DNA of 64,000 nt from Sedimentisphaerales bacterium. Lineage in GTDB: Bacteria > Planctomycetota > Phycisphaerae > Sedimentisphaerales > Anaerobacaceae. The stretch is from positions 2,118,961-2,182,960 of the forward strand of contig JBGLNQ010000001.1 of NCBI GenBank assembly GCA_041322395.1, written 5' to 3'. Below, one piece after another: positions 20,474-29,413 of the stretch. A program made the translations under genes and the position numbers. Position 1 is the first letter of the stretch, and each line of letters opens with the position of its first letter. The notes under the pieces are model-generated. The model saw only the letters and a list, made by a program, of their open reading frames with translations. It did no database searches and was not told where the DNA came from.

Positions 20474-21175
20474 ATGAGCCAAAAACGAAAGTACCGCACT
20501 TTCACCCACAAAGAGGCCGTCTTCCGCATCTGTTGCTCGGAGTTCGATGCGGCTACTTCTGAAATCCTCCGACAACGACGGATTCTCGAGGAATATATCG
20601 AGCGACACAAAGATTTCCTCCTCTCTCTCGAACCGCTTGAACTGCTCGCCGACGCTCCAGACGTGGCAAAGCGCATGGCGCGGGCGGCGGAGCTTGTCGG
20701 GGTCGGGCCTATGGCCGCGGTCGCCGGAGCTATGGCCCAGTGTGCCGCCGAGGCCGGAATAAAAGCAGGAGCACTGGAAGCAATCGTGGAAAACGGCGGA
20801 GACATCTACATAAAGGCCGCCGAACCGGTGATAATTGCTCTGGTCACAGGCGCCGAGACGCCGACCAATCAGCTTGGATTGGCCCTTGAGCCTTCAGATA
20901 CGCCAATCTCAATATGCTCTTCCTCTGGAAAGATGGGCCATTCAAAGAGCCTCGGACAGTGCGATTTAGCCACCGTTATAGCATCCGACGCCGCTCTGGC
21001 CGATGCCGCCGCCACCGGCGCCGCGAATCTTGTCAGCAGTGTCGAAGACGTCGATCTTGCACTCGAACGCATTGTCGCCATCGAAGGTGTTGCCGGCGTA
21101 ATAATCGTCCAGGACGACCGAATAGGCCTTGCCGGAAGAATACCCCAGCTGGTCAAGATCGGCGGGCGTTCTTAG
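20474..21175 (+). CDS. UPF0280 / ApbE-superfamily protein (COG2122)
   Basis: YRTFTHKEAVFRI...VGPMAAVAGAMAQ...VENGGDIYI pattern. The start is set at ATG 20474; the track start 20306 overlaps the upstream gene. Confidence 0.75.
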   Translation: MSQKRKYRTFTHKEAVFRICCSEFDAATSEILRQRRILEEYIERHKDFLLSLEPLELLADAPDVAKRMARAAELVGVGPMAAVAGAMAQCAAEAGIKAGALEAIVENGGDIYIKAAEPVIIALVTGAETPTNQLGLALEPSDTPISICSSSGKMGHSKSLGQCDLATVIASDAALADAAATGAANLVSSVEDVDLALERIVAIEGVAGVIIVQDDRIGLAGRIPQLVKIGGRS

Positions 21176-21436
21176 TCGAACAGGCCGACCGCTTTTGTCG
21201 ATAAGAGTCGAGTTTGGATGCTTGGGGGGCATTTGCGCATATAAGTCCTTACTGGGGCGGATGTTATAGATGAATGTGGGGGCTTTTGAGAATTTGCATG
21301 GTTCTCGAAAACAGGCTTACAAAGGGGGCAAAGCGACGGATTTTCTTATAATAATATAGGGGAAAATCGCCGAAATTGAGTGAAATAGTGTTACTATAGA
21401 CGCGTTCTGCGCACCATATACAGGCGATACCTTTGA

Positions 21437-22063
21437 ATGGAGAAAACTGCTGATTACGTCAGTCTGGTAAAACAAGCCCAACTCGGCGACAAGGAGAGTC
21501 TTGAAAGATTGAGCGAGTTGGCCGAGGAACGTCTGCGCGTTGACGTATTTCGTCTTACGTTGCAGGAAGATCTGGCACAGGAGATTGTACAGGAAAGTTT
21601 AATCGAGATGCTCAGAGTACTAAGCGATCTGAAAGAGGCCCACAGGTTTTGGCCCTGGCTTTACAAGATAGCTATCAATAAGATGCGTCTTCATTATAGG
21701 GCCGAGAAGCGTCGGCGGACTATTACTGCTTCTGCGGTTGCCGAAAGGGCCGCCTACGCAGGCAGCGAGCCCCCAGGGGGCGAGCAGGCTATGGCAGGGG
21801 TTATGAGCCAGGAGTTGAAGGATATAATCCTCGGAGCGATGCGTCGTCTTAAGCCTCGGCACCGTACGGTTCTGACCATGCGATGCTATCGTGAGATGGA
21901 ATACTCTCAGATAGCCGAGTCGATGGGCTGCAGCGAGTTTGCCGCGAAGATGCTTTTCTACCGTGCGAAGCGGTCATTGCGGAAGCAGTTGTCGCGGTTT
22001 GGATTCGGTAAGGGTATGCTGCTTGGGGCACTGGTGTTATTCGGGAAGATGACGGTGGTTTGA
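21437..22063 (+). CDS. ECF-subfamily RNA polymerase sigma-70 factor
   Basis: Region 2 (FWPWLYKIAINKMRLHYR) and region 4 (LTMRCYREMEYSQIAESMGCSEFAAKMLFYRAKRSL). Confidence 0.9.
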   Translation: MEKTADYVSLVKQAQLGDKESLERLSELAEERLRVDVFRLTLQEDLAQEIVQESLIEMLRVLSDLKEAHRFWPWLYKIAINKMRLHYRAEKRRRTITASAVAERAAYAGSEPPGGEQAMAGVMSQELKDIILGAMRRLKPRHRTVLTMRCYREMEYSQIAESMGCSEFAAKMLFYRAKRSLRKQLSRFGFGKGMLLGALVLFGKMTVV

Positions 22064-22186
22064 GACAAACCCAAAAAACGACGGCGAAACGGATGAGTTT
22101 ATTGCGCCGACGTGGAGAAACTCGAACGGGCGGTATCGTCGGAGCCCGCAAATAATGTGGTTGATGAATCTGGGTGATGGAAATTT

Positions 22187-23062
22187 GTGAGAAGATGCCG
22201 GGAGGCAGTTTTGAAGAGTAGTGATAGATTCTTGATAATCAGACCCGGCTGCACCGAGTTTGGCAATCCCAAAAGGTTCAGGATTGCTATTGTTGCGGCG
22301 TTGTTTTTGTTTGCATCCTTTGCGGCTGTCGGCGTGTCCGTGTCTATGGCCGAGCCAGAGCCTGTTCGGCCTCGTTACGAAGTTGTCGATTTGGGGACGC
22401 TCGGAGGCTCATACAGTTCTGCTTATGGTATAAACGAGTCCGGCCAGGTTGTGGGGGTCTCTCAGACTGTGACAGGACAACTGCGTGCATTTGTGTGGGA
22501 CAAGGCGACGGGTATGATCGACCTGGGCACATTGGGCGGCAACGTCAGCGGCGCTTATGCGATCAACGACACAGGTCGGATTGTCGGCTCGGCGAGAACC
22601 GCCACTAACGAGCTTCACGCTTTTCTCTGGGAGCACGGGAAGATGATCGATCTTGGCATTTTGCCCGGCGGCAGTTGCACTGAGGCCGCGGCGATAAACG
22701 ATGCCGGGCAGATCGTCGGTATGGCGAGAACTTCCGCCGGGGTTTATTCCTGGCGGCGTGCGTTTTTGTGGGAGAACGGCGTCATAACTGATTTGGGTGT
22801 TCTCGATGGAGCGAATAACAGCAGTGCTGCGGATATAAACATTCGGGGCCGGATAGTCGGGACTTCGGGTAATCGTGCGTTTCTATGGGACAGTACGGAC
22901 GGTATGACGGAACTGGCGGATTCTAACAGCCAGGCCAATGCGATAAACGACCCCGGTTCGGTGCTCCTGACTTCGAACGGAAAGCATTACATTTTGGATA
23001 GTGCGACGAGCGATCTGTTTGAATCCTGCCTCTCGAAGAAATCTTCAAAGGCTTCGACCTAA
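22187..23062 (+). CDS. membrane-anchored HAF-repeat protein
   Basis: One TM segment, then repeated units of the form GTLGGxxSxAxxINxxGxVVG...AFxW. The start codon is uncertain. Confidence 0.7.
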   Translation: MRRCREAVLKSSDRFLIIRPGCTEFGNPKRFRIAIVAALFLFASFAAVGVSVSMAEPEPVRPRYEVVDLGTLGGSYSSAYGINESGQVVGVSQTVTGQLRAFVWDKATGMIDLGTLGGNVSGAYAINDTGRIVGSARTATNELHAFLWEHGKMIDLGILPGGSCTEAAAINDAGQIVGMARTSAGVYSWRRAFLWENGVITDLGVLDGANNSSAADINIRGRIVGTSGNRAFLWDSTDGMTELADSNSQANAINDPGSVLLTSNGKHYILDSATSDLFESCLSKKSSKAST

Positions 23063-23129
23063 TGAAGTCCGGCCAAGCCCTCAGAGTAGTGCTAAGACCT
23101 TAATCAAGCCTGGATTTTAGAAGCAGTCG

Positions 23130-23158
23130 TGTAGGGTGTGCAACTTGTTTGCACACGC
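23130..23158. repeat. TGTAGGGTGTGCA-N-TGCACACGC hairpin repeat (family B)
   Basis: An inverted copy lies at 32495-22 (32495-32522). A related copy lies at 42898-42921 inside queG. Confidence 0.75.
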
Positions 23159-23162
23159 GGAA

Positions 23163-24254
23163 TTATTCAGCGGGGGTGCTGAGTTTGAGTTCTGCGGCTT
23201 TGCTTTTTTCGTATTCGCCCTGCATGAGGTTGGCTTTGGCGAGTAGGCTTACGCCAATGATGAGGATTAGTATTCCTCCGGCAATCAACTGCATGCTCTG
23301 TCTGCTGGCGCCTTTCCATTCTTTTGTTAGAAAGCCGTTGATGTTGCCGACTATGATTGCGAACGACATAAACGCCGCATAGCCGACTGCCACGCCGAGC
23401 GTTCCTAACTTTGAGGCGCCGACGCCGAATAGCAGTATAGCGCCGTCGTGCAGGCAGGCCATGATCAGTGCGATAAAGAGGACTTTGCCGATTCCGGGTC
23501 CGGTCAACGTGCCCCAGGTTTTGTTTTTGCAGAGTTTATAGACGCAATAGCCGCAGGCCGAGACCGAGCCGCCCCACAGAATAAGAGCCGCCACAACGAA
23601 CGCCGCACGCCAGCCGGGATTACCATACTCGCCCGTTGAAATATCCGTGACCTTGCCGCCGTAACTAACCGCAATGCCGTAGCACGCACAAAGCACTCCC
23701 GAAAGAACGGCCACGAGCAAGCCCTTTATCAGTTTGTCGCCTGTGAGCACCGTTTGCCCTTCGCCCTCGCCTGCCTGGCTCTTGCTCTTCGAAGTCGCGG
23801 CCCGACCGCATACAATCACGCCGATTATACACACAGCCACTCCCCCCATAATCGTAAAGCCGTGGGCGGTGGCAAGCTGGTCGCTGTTATGAATGATGAA
23901 AGGCCCCATGCCTCCGGTGGCGATCTGGGCGCCGTAGTTGAGCGCATAAGCCAACGATAAGCCGATTAGCCCGAAACTAATACCAAGCGTCATCGAGCCA
24001 AGCCCCCAGAGGAATCCAAAAGCGACCGGCATTATAACGCCTGCATATCCGGCATCGGAGCAGGTGGCGAACAACCCATTGGCGATGAAAGGGAACATTG
24101 TAGTCGGAATGAGGATGGTTACAAAGAAAAAGAACGGCCCCCAAAGCGTCTCCCACGGCGTGCCTTTCTTGACAAACTTGCTCGGAAGCCCGAACGAGCC
24201 CCCGCAAACAGCCCCCAACAAAAGCAGCGTAAACCCGAAAACCGTACCGCTCAT
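23163..24254 (-). CDS. rhaT: L-rhamnose/H+ symporter family (RhaT-like) sugar transporter
   Basis: About 10 TM segments. The N-terminus GGSFGLPSKFVKKGTPWETLW parallels the E. coli RhaT region FYAPFKKVKKWSWETMW. Confidence 0.75.
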   Translation of the reverse strand: MSGTVFGFTLLLLGAVCGGSFGLPSKFVKKGTPWETLWGPFFFFVTILIPTTMFPFIANGLFATCSDAGYAGVIMPVAFGFLWGLGSMTLGISFGLIGLSLAYALNYGAQIATGGMGPFIIHNSDQLATAHGFTIMGGVAVCIIGVIVCGRAATSKSKSQAGEGEGQTVLTGDKLIKGLLVAVLSGVLCACYGIAVSYGGKVTDISTGEYGNPGWRAAFVVAALILWGGSVSACGYCVYKLCKNKTWGTLTGPGIGKVLFIALIMACLHDGAILLFGVGASKLGTLGVAVGYAAFMSFAIIVGNINGFLTKEWKGASRQSMQLIAGGILILIIGVSLLAKANLMQGEYEKSKAAELKLSTPAE

Positions 24255-24495
24255 AACACGACTCCTTTCTCGAAGTCCGCCGCCCTATCCAAACCAGGCG
24301 GCGGATGATTATGATTTAAGTCGTTGCAGTGTAACGACTTCTCATACGGCTTGTCAATCACTTTTAGCTAATCAAGCGTTCGTGCGGGCTATTTCGCAGT
24401 TCAGCCTTTTGTGGTTGATACAAGCCCGCCTCGATATTATGATGTGCCCATCAAGCTTCGAATGTAATATGTTTTTTCCGTTGTCAGGAGTAAGA

Positions 24496-25533
24496 GTGAA
24501 CGAACTGACCTCCGCTGAGCGAGTTAGACGGGTCTTAAATCGTCAGGAGCCCGACCGGATACCGCATTTTGAGTGGCTATTCGCCAAAAACGTCCGCGAA
24601 GCTATATGCCCCGGCTGTGCGAGTCATAACGAATTCGCAGTCAAGATGGGGCACGATGCGATACTCGTCGGTCCCGATTTCAAAAAAGAGCAAGTCGGGC
24701 CGACGCAGTGGCGCAGCGAATGGGGCTATGTCGATGACTACGGCAACGAGGAGCACGGCGTCGAGGTCGAGTCGCCGATTAAGGAAATGGCCGAATTCGA
24801 GAGCTACTGCCCCCCCGACCCTAACGCGACGGGCCGATACGATACCGTCGAATGGGCGGTTAGAGAATTCAAGGATGACAAGGCAATTGGCGTGCATCTT
24901 AACGACGTCTTTTCCATACCGCGCTCGCTTATGGGTATGGAGAATCTGCTCATGACAATTGCCGCCGATCCTGAGCTGATAAAGGCATTGGTCGATATGT
25001 CCGTCGAAATCAACCTTGCGATGGCCAAGGAAGTGGCCGACCGCGGAGTCGATTTCATCTGGACGGGCGACGACTACGCCTATAACACCGGGCCGATGAT
25101 GTCGCCGCAACATTTCCGGGAGTTGTTCTACCCGGGTCTGTGCCGTGTCATCGGCGGATTCAGGGAGTTGGGCCTGCCGGTAATTAAACATACCGACGGC
25201 GACCTCTGGCCCATAATCGACATGATTGTCGATTCCGGGATAAGCTGCCTCGACCCGATTGACCCCCAGGCCGGCATGGATTTGGCCGAGGTCAAGGCTA
25301 AATACGGCGACAGAATAGCATTGAAGGGCAATGTCGATTGTGCTCAGACGTTGAGCTATGCCGCTGTAGAAGATGTAGTCGAAGAGACGAAGCAGGCTAT
25401 CAAAAAGGGCGGTCCCGGCGGAGGCTACATACTCTCATCGAGCAATTCGATTCATGCCTCGGTAAAGCCGGAGAACTATATGGCCATGCTCGATACCCTA
25501 AAAGAATTCGGCCGATACCCGATCAGCCTATAA
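24496..25533 (+). CDS. uroporphyrinogen decarboxylase (URO-D) family protein (MtaA/CmuA-like)
   Basis: The start LTSAERVRRVLNRQEPDRIP is typical of URO-D-family proteins. AGGAG lies 5 nt before GTG 24496. The track ORF starts at 24064, inside the antisense strand of rhaT. Confidence 0.8.
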   Translation: MNELTSAERVRRVLNRQEPDRIPHFEWLFAKNVREAICPGCASHNEFAVKMGHDAILVGPDFKKEQVGPTQWRSEWGYVDDYGNEEHGVEVESPIKEMAEFESYCPPDPNATGRYDTVEWAVREFKDDKAIGVHLNDVFSIPRSLMGMENLLMTIAADPELIKALVDMSVEINLAMAKEVADRGVDFIWTGDDYAYNTGPMMSPQHFRELFYPGLCRVIGGFRELGLPVIKHTDGDLWPIIDMIVDSGISCLDPIDPQAGMDLAEVKAKYGDRIALKGNVDCAQTLSYAAVEDVVEETKQAIKKGGPGGGYILSSSNSIHASVKPENYMAMLDTLKEFGRYPISL

Positions 25534-25600
25534 CCGTAATGAGTCAATTATTGAATTATCAATAGAACAATGAACGTTCCCAATGAGATGGCCGCACACT

Positions 25601-25664
25601 GTCATTCCGGCCTTGAGCCGGAATCCACGAGTCCAAAGTGGATTCCCGCTTTCGCGGGAATGAC
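25601..25664. repeat. head-to-head pair of family A hairpins
   Basis: gtcattccggccttgagccggaatcc, a 13-nt spacer, then ggattcccgctttcgcgggaatgac. Confidence 0.85.
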
Positions 25665-25758
25665 AATCCAAAAACCGAACTGGTCATTTAACCTTTTAGA
25701 CATCAATAGGTCCGAATGTCACTGAAAAACCAGTGCCGGTAAGAGATAATGAGAACTT

Positions 25759-25793
25759 GTCATTCTGAGCGAAACGAAGTGAAGCGACGAATC
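25759..25793. repeat. family A variant hairpin (GTCATTCTGAGCGAA...CGACGAATC)
   Basis: Shares the GTCATTC...GAATC termini with family A. Confidence 0.65.
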
Positions 25794-25836
25794 TGGCCTC
25801 CCAGCGGCTGGACTATTACACATTGGAGGCGCTCTG

Positions 25837-27384
25837 ATGGCGTATCTGATAGGAATTGATTTAGGATCGACGAGTCTAAAGGCAATCATCTACGATCTCC
25901 GGGGCAACGCCGTTTCTCAGGCAAGCCGACCCACCGAGCGATTCAATCCATACCCGGACCATCCGGACTGGGCGATATGGAAGCCGGAGCAGATTTGGGG
26001 CGGCGTATGCGAATCGCTCAAAGAAGCCGTCGGCCAAATCGACGATCCCGCTCAGATCAAAGGCGTAGCCGTCACGGGCATGGGAATGGACGGTGTCCCG
26101 ATTGATAAGCAGGGCAACTGGCTGTATCCGTTTATAAGTTGGCACTGCCCGCGGACCGAGCCGCAGCATCGATGGTGGCTCGAAAACATCGGAGCCGAGA
26201 AGCAATTCGAAATCGGCGGCAATCAGATTTGGGTTTTCAATACGGCTTTGCGCCTGCTGTGGATGGCCGAGAACGAGCCGGAGATACTCGCCAAAACGGA
26301 TAAGTGGCTTCTGATCGAGGATTTCGTCAGCTTCATGCTCTGCGGCGAATACGGCACCGACCACACAATGGCTTCGACAACGCTGCTTTTCGACCAGCGA
26401 AAACGTGTTTGGTCGGATGAATTGATTGAAGCATCGGGCATAGACCGCCGGTTGCTTTGCGACCCGCAGCCCAGCGGCACGCCCTTAGGCAAGGTTCACC
26501 CAAAAGCCGCCGAGGCAACGGGCCTGCCAATAGGAACGCCCATCGTTCTGGGCGGACACGATTACTGCTGCGGCACGCTGCCCGTCGGTGCATTCGAGCC
26601 TGGCGTCGTGCTTGACGTTACGGGCACTTGGGAGATAGTCGTTACGAGCCTGAGCGAGCCGGTGCTCACGCCGCAAGTCAGGGAGATGGGTATTCCAGTC
26701 CATTCGCACGTCGCCTCGCCCGATTTGTGGAGTATTATGGCTGCTGCGGTCGCCGCTGATATGCTCGAATGGTTCCGCAGGCAATACGGATTCGAGGAAA
26801 AGCAAAAGGCCGAGAAAGACGGCGCCGAGGAGTGGGACCAACTCATGAAGCTCGCCGAAGCATCGCCGCCCGGCGCAAACGGCGTGATGTTCCTGCCGCA
26901 CATGTCCGGCAGCCACTGCCCCGTGGTCGATTCTCAGTCTATGGGAGCCTTTGTCGGCCTGCGCAATATCGTTACAAAGGGCGATATGTTAAGGGCGATT
27001 ATCGAAGGTCTCGATTATCAGTTCGTCCAGATTGTCCGGGGGTTGGAGAAATCGCTCGGCGTTAGACCTGAGAAATTCGTAGCCATCGGCGGGGCGACCA
27101 AGAACGAATTCTGGATGCAAAACAAGGCCGATATGATAGGAAAGCCGATCGAAACATCCGAAATCGAAGAGCCTACCCCGCTCGGAGCCGCAATTCTGGC
27201 AGGCATAGGCGTCGGCCTGTATGAAGATGTCCGCAACGCCTACGAGAAGGTCAATAAGCCGGGCAAAGTTTATCAGCCGAACCTGGAGTTGACGAAGAAA
27301 TATCGCCAATGCTTCAAGACCTTCGAGCAAATGTACCCATCGCTGAAAGACCTAAACGCCCAATTACGAACCCTGCAAGCCTGA
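25837..27384 (+). CDS. FGGY-family carbohydrate kinase
   Basis: YLIGIDLGSTSLKAIIYD N-terminus and GGATKNEFWMQ near the C-terminus. Confidence 0.9.
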   Translation: MAYLIGIDLGSTSLKAIIYDLRGNAVSQASRPTERFNPYPDHPDWAIWKPEQIWGGVCESLKEAVGQIDDPAQIKGVAVTGMGMDGVPIDKQGNWLYPFISWHCPRTEPQHRWWLENIGAEKQFEIGGNQIWVFNTALRLLWMAENEPEILAKTDKWLLIEDFVSFMLCGEYGTDHTMASTTLLFDQRKRVWSDELIEASGIDRRLLCDPQPSGTPLGKVHPKAAEATGLPIGTPIVLGGHDYCCGTLPVGAFEPGVVLDVTGTWEIVVTSLSEPVLTPQVREMGIPVHSHVASPDLWSIMAAAVAADMLEWFRRQYGFEEKQKAEKDGAEEWDQLMKLAEASPPGANGVMFLPHMSGSHCPVVDSQSMGAFVGLRNIVTKGDMLRAIIEGLDYQFVQIVRGLEKSLGVRPEKFVAIGGATKNEFWMQNKADMIGKPIETSEIEEPTPLGAAILAGIGVGLYEDVRNAYEKVNKPGKVYQPNLELTKKYRQCFKTFEQMYPSLKDLNAQLRTLQA

Positions 27385-27482
27385 TCGACCGTGTTTTCGC
27401 CATCATAAAAATAGCGAATAACAGTGTCAATCCGTACTAATCCATGTCTGAACTTCCTTTGTGCCTTCGTGGCAGGAACCGC

Positions 27483-28322
27483 CTATTTCAGGTTCACAAC
27501 CGAGAGCGTATAAGGCTTATCCCATGTTGTGTTGACCACGCCCTCGAAGGGCCAGTCCATATTCGAAATAATGACCTCGTCGCCGCGGAAGATGGCTTCG
27601 CAGGGCTGGTCGATCAAGCCCTCAGCCCCGTCGGTATCGCCATTCATCGCAATCGTTTCAACGGTCCCATCCGGATAGATCATCTGTATGGCGTTCTGAA
27701 CCATGTCGGCAACGAGAATCCTGTCCGTCTTCTGGTCGCAGCACAAACCGTCGGCACATTTCATCTTGTCGGTTTTGACCCAAATCGTATTGGATGCGAC
27801 TTTGCCTTGCTCGTCGAAGGTTATTTTGTGAATCGTACCGTCGGCGAAGTTGCCGCAATAAAGGTTGCCCTTCGAATCGAAGCAAAGCCCGTCGGCGCCG
27901 AACCCGATATCTGGATTGTGCGACGTGATTGTGGTAATCAGGTGCGGATCGTCTTTAAGAGGGGATTTGAGCGTAATGCCTTCGTCGCCGATCTTGAACC
28001 GGAAAATACCGCTAATCAAAGGTTTCGACTCGGGCACAAGGATTGTCTCGCTGACATACAGGTACCCGTCGTTGACTGCAACGGCGTTGGCCACGTTCAT
28101 CCCCGAAGCAACAGGAACCGCGTGCTGCGGCTTTCCGTCCAGCATCACAATGGCCTTCATTAGGGCGGGGGAGAGTATCGAGAGCAGCAGGGCGATGATT
28201 GCTATTACGACGAGCAGCTCGATTAGGGTGAAGGCGGAGCGGGGGCGGTTTAGGCTTGGGGGATTGCGGCGTTGATTTGTTGTTTGGTTTTGCCAGTTGA
28301 TCGGTAAGTTAATTTTCAGCAT
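27483..28322 (-). CDS. prepilin-type N-terminal domain fused to an SMP-30/gluconolactonase/LRE-like beta-propeller
   Basis: FTLIELLVVIAIIALLLSIL is followed by ADGLCFDSKGNLYCGNFADGTIHKI-type blades. The start is set at ATG 28322. Confidence 0.7.
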   Translation of the reverse strand: MLKINLPINWQNQTTNQRRNPPSLNRPRSAFTLIELLVVIAIIALLLSILSPALMKAIVMLDGKPQHAVPVASGMNVANAVAVNDGYLYVSETILVPESKPLISGIFRFKIGDEGITLKSPLKDDPHLITTITSHNPDIGFGADGLCFDSKGNLYCGNFADGTIHKITFDEQGKVASNTIWVKTDKMKCADGLCCDQKTDRILVADMVQNAIQMIYPDGTVETIAMNGDTDGAEGLIDQPCEAIFRGDEVIISNMDWPFEGVVNTTWDKPYTLSVVNLK

Positions 28323-28468
28323 TCGGCAAGCCGGGTGAGGATAACACCTTTGGGCCGGGGGGGCAAGTAGTTCTTTATGGGATGTTATTTGGGGGGGAGG
28401 ACAGAATGGAGAATGTAGAAGAATGTAATACAAAGCTTCATAGAGGCAGTCTAAAAATGATTACGGGC

Positions 28469-28496
28469 TTGCAATTTTAGGGGTGTTGGTTAGAAT
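28469..28496 (+). promoter_or_regulatory. sigma70-like promoter candidate (TTGCAA-N16-TAGAAT) upstream of tRNA-Ser
   Basis: Motif match 58 nt upstream of the tRNA 5' end. Confidence 0.4.
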
Positions 28497-28553
28497 GGTG
28501 TGCGATGTATTCGGCCCGGCGAGGATGGGTGAGCTGCGGGGCCGGAGTTAGCC

Positions 28554-28638
28554 GGAGCAGTGGCAGAGTGGTTAATCGCGACGGTCTTGAAAACCGTTAT
28601 ACCGCAAGGTATCGGGGGTTCGAATCCCTCCTGCTCCG
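28554..28638 (+). tRNA. tRNA-Ser (anticodon UGA)
   Basis: Acceptor GGAGCAG/CTGCTCC, anticodon arm ACGGT-CTTGAAA-ACCGT, long variable arm ATACC-GCAA-GGTAT and T-loop TTCGAAT. One D-stem mismatch. No encoded CCA. Confidence 0.85.
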
Positions 28639-28789
28639 TTGATTTTAGAGTTAGTCGGAGCGGTTTTTTTGCTTGACTTTTTCGGGATATTTGTTAGAGT
28701 AGATGATGTTCATGGATGAGTGGTGTGAAGGCTTTTTTGGTGTTATTTAGTTTTCCCAACTGTGCAGGCCTGGTTGAAGGGCCGTCTGA

Positions 28790-29413
28790 TTGAGTTCGTT
28801 TAAGGAGCGTTTTTTGCACATTCAATTGAAACGCAATCTATATGCGCCAAACTTACCAGTCGGCAACTATGTCGTTATGGTGCTGGCTGTTGTGTCGTTT
28901 TTTATTCAGTTCACATACGACTCTGGCCAGCAGTATTTGAACGGATTGGTTCTGGAAGGCTGGTCTGTTATGGCCATATTGGGTCACATGTGGCTTCACG
29001 CAAACGTACCTCATATTGCGTGGAACCTCCTGACGCTTTTCATATTTGGCCGTCACGTTTGTTCAAGATTGGGGAATGCAAATTATATATTGGCATACTT
29101 TTTGGCAGGTTTTTTCTCGGCATTCGCCCACATCGCTTATGACGGTCGGCCTGCTATCGGTTCGAGCGGCGCGATAATGGGCGTCCTCGGAATGCACGTT
29201 GTGCTGTGCTTTGGCCGCTTTGGCTTCTTAGGGCCCTGGATAGTCTTAATCTGGTTCCTTCTGAGCTTGACGGCCGGTTTTGTGGGGCTTCTGCCCACGG
29301 CTCATATAGCCCACGTTGGGGGATTTCTTGGCGGCATTATGCTTGCCGGCGTTCTCCCACTCTTTAACATGGTCAGAAGCGACTCTGTTCCGACTACAGA
29401 AAGTTCACCATAG
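28790..29413 (+). CDS. rhomboid-family intramembrane serine protease
   Basis: WLHANVPHIAWN, GSSGAIMG (GxSG) and HVGGFLGG motifs, with 6 TM-like segments. Confidence 0.85.
   Translation: MSSFKERFLHIQLKRNLYAPNLPVGNYVVMVLAVVSFFIQFTYDSGQQYLNGLVLEGWSVMAILGHMWLHANVPHIAWNLLTLFIFGRHVCSRLGNANYILAYFLAGFFSAFAHIAYDGRPAIGSSGAIMGVLGMHVVLCFGRFGFLGPWIVLIWFLLSLTAGFVGLLPTAHIAHVGGFLGGIMLAGVLPLFNMVRSDSVPTTESSP

Noticed and set aside
24064-24495. N-terminal extensions in the ORF track: 24064 for the URO-D gene, 20306 for UPF0280, 15617 for topA, 47336 for the response regulator, 43724 for CheR-PAS, 28433 for the pseudopilin fusion, 36468 for the sulfatase and 6345 for gdhA.
   Set aside because: The extensions overlap neighbouring genes or repeat hairpins and lack family homology. 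Internal starts with better RBS context or alignment to known N-termini were preferred.
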